A DNA stretch of 64,000 nt, the filler included, from Stramenopiles sp. TOSAG23-6 (lineage: Eukaryota): the NCBI GenBank assembly GCA_900128565.1. It is 11 parts of 11 records of this genome, joined end to end, with 100 filler letters (N's around TTAATTAATTAA, not from the genome) between each part and the next. Parts side by side here need not be neighbours in the genome. Positions count along the whole stretch, not along the records: positions 58,648 to 64,000 come from LT636917.1; 10 more parts are not named here. One strand, given 5' to 3'. The notes below the pieces were generated by a model, which was not told where the DNA came from, ran no database searches, and was given only the letters and a program-made list of their open reading frames with translations. Positions 62,381 through 64,000 of the stretch are shown piece by piece (position 1 is the stretch's first letter; each line of letters starts with the position of its first letter). Both the position numbers and the translations under genes were made by a program.

Positions 62381-63187
62381 TTATTCACTTTTTTCGTCGT
62401 CACCAAATAAATCTGCAGCGCTGACAGCGTCTTCTTCGTCGACAAACATACTGCCCGTACGCCCGATGCGATCCAGTACGACAGTTGTCAGCGCATCTTG
62501 TTCTACGACAACCCCATTCAGTGCATCCAAACTTAAAAGGAAAACAAAGTTCGCTTTGAAGCCATCTCTTGGGTCACCGTCTGCAACGATTTTTAGTCTC
62601 CACTGCATACCCAGGTCTCTGCAAACCTCTTCGATGAGGCGAAGACGTTCCACCGAACCAAAGGACACGGAGACCATCAGTCCTTCCGACCCTTTCGTTT
62701 TCTTCAATATACGATAGCATTCCTTCAGCATCGCCTTCTTGTCGTCCGTCCCCACGAGTGCATCCAGCGTTCCCTTGTCGATGATCACGTCGACGCTCCC
62801 CGTTTCTACCATAGAGTCCAGGAATCGGCAGTCCGCGACACAGGCTTGGACACGGCTATCCGCTTCATGCCGTTTTGCAACGATTTTTACAATTTCTGGA
62901 CTGATGTCTATCAAAGTCAGGCGGTCGAAGGAGCCGCTGTACTCTTGCAAAATTTCGTTGCCGAAAGAAGAACCGCCACAGCCAATATCTACAATCCTCT
63001 TTTTCTGCCCATCTGCAACCATTGTCCTAATGAACGGACTTAAAAACGATCGAACCCTTTCGTAGGAAGTATGCCATTCGCAAGCAGTCTCATTGTTGGC
63101 ATCTTGCTTGTACACATTACTCCAGTGGGTTTGATAATATCCCGTGTTGGTATCTTCAGTACCATTCTTTGCGCCTGTATTGCTCAT
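62381..63187 (-). CDS. Class I SAM methyltransferase (METTL13-N/EEF1AKMT4-like)
   Basis: IVDIGCGGS, DVIIDKGTLDAL and ECYRILK. Confidence 0.85.
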   Translation of the reverse strand: MSNTGAKNGTEDTNTGYYQTHWSNVYKQDANNETACEWHTSYERVRSFLSPFIRTMVADGQKKRIVDIGCGGSSFGNEILQEYSGSFDRLTLIDISPEIVKIVAKRHEADSRVQACVADCRFLDSMVETGSVDVIIDKGTLDALVGTDDKKAMLKECYRILKKTKGSEGLMVSVSFGSVERLRLIEEVCRDLGMQWRLKIVADGDPRDGFKANFVFLLSLDALNGVVVEQDALTTVVLDRIGRTGSMFVDEEDAVSAADLFGDDEKSE

Positions 63188-63840
63188 TTTCAAGGCTGCC
63201 CTCCTACAAAATATTTCAATACGAACACTTGTCAGCCCCTTTCCATTTGATAATCACTCTCACAAAAATTCCGTCGGTAGAAACGAAGGAGCACAAACGT
63301 CAATCTCAGATACAACTTGAGAATTATTTATTAATATTTTACAGTATATCTTCTTTCTTTTTTTATACGACATTAATACAAAAAACCCCGAACCAAAAAA
63401 AGAGACGACCGCCGAACCGCCGAAAAGAAGAAGAAGAAAAAAGAGCGCCGCCGCGAGAGGAGCTTCTTCTTCTTCATCAGCTACAGTGTTGTAGCAGCAA
63501 CAGAGCAGCAGACACAGAAGAAAGAACATTACCACACCACATCAGCTGTTATTGCTTAAATATAAAATGTACTCTTCTATTAAATCACTTAAATGGTGCT
63601 ATAGGGTGTAATGTATGTACCCTAATCCTAACTCAATAATCCATTATTACAACTACACTACCGTACTATTGCTGACTACGGCGGAATTTTTAACCATGAT
63701 GGAGGAGTTTTTCTTTCATTCACCACCGAGTCTCTGATCTAAGGGAAGGAGTTGTGCATAGAAATATAGTATTGTAAGACTTGGGAATTAAAAAATGTAC
63801 ACGGTAGAAGAGACGTTCCTTTTCTTTTGGTTCTAAATGC

Positions 63841-63856
63841 GGCTTTGAAGAAAGCC
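63841..63856 (-). promoter_or_regulatory. Histone 3'-UTR stem-loop
   Basis: AAAAAT-GGCTTT-CTTC-AAAGCC about 50 nt downstream of the H2B stop. Confidence 0.8.
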
Positions 63857-63906
63857 ATTTTTGTTTTGGTTTTCTATTTTAAATAAATAGAATTCACTGA
63901 GTGCAC

Positions 63907-63999
<93 letters not shown>

Positions 64000-64000
64000 G

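Overview
This window is AT-rich eukaryotic (protist) nuclear DNA, possibly stramenopile-like; the taxon cannot be fixed from sequence alone. It consists of 11 unrelated ~5.4-5.8 kb contigs, apparently size-sorted, joined by artificial N-TTAATTAATTAA-N spacers. Recognisable genes are a PfkB/pseudouridine kinase, tRNA-Gly(CCC), DAW1/WDR69, eIF5A, an SLC38-type amino-acid transporter, a Polo-like kinase, a deoxynucleoside kinase, a myotubularin, an MFSD2-like transporter, LpxK, a methyltransferase, histone H2B, and ankyrin and LRR proteins. The main signal is a family of roughly 65-70 (hand count, including partial copies) homologous ~85-170 nt introns. Their consensus is RTAYRTTTT ... (C)GTACGAAATTTTGTACCTAAC ... 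AAATATTTTTYCAMAATAY-NN. Restoring conserved protein motifs requires 5' ends GT or AT and 3' ends that are mostly AT, sometimes TT, CT, GT or AC, and only occasionally AG. The last two intron bases often copy the last two bases of the upstream exon, like a target-site duplication. This suggests an Introner-like expansion spliced without an AG requirement. Splice sites are inferred from reading frames only; there are no RNA data.
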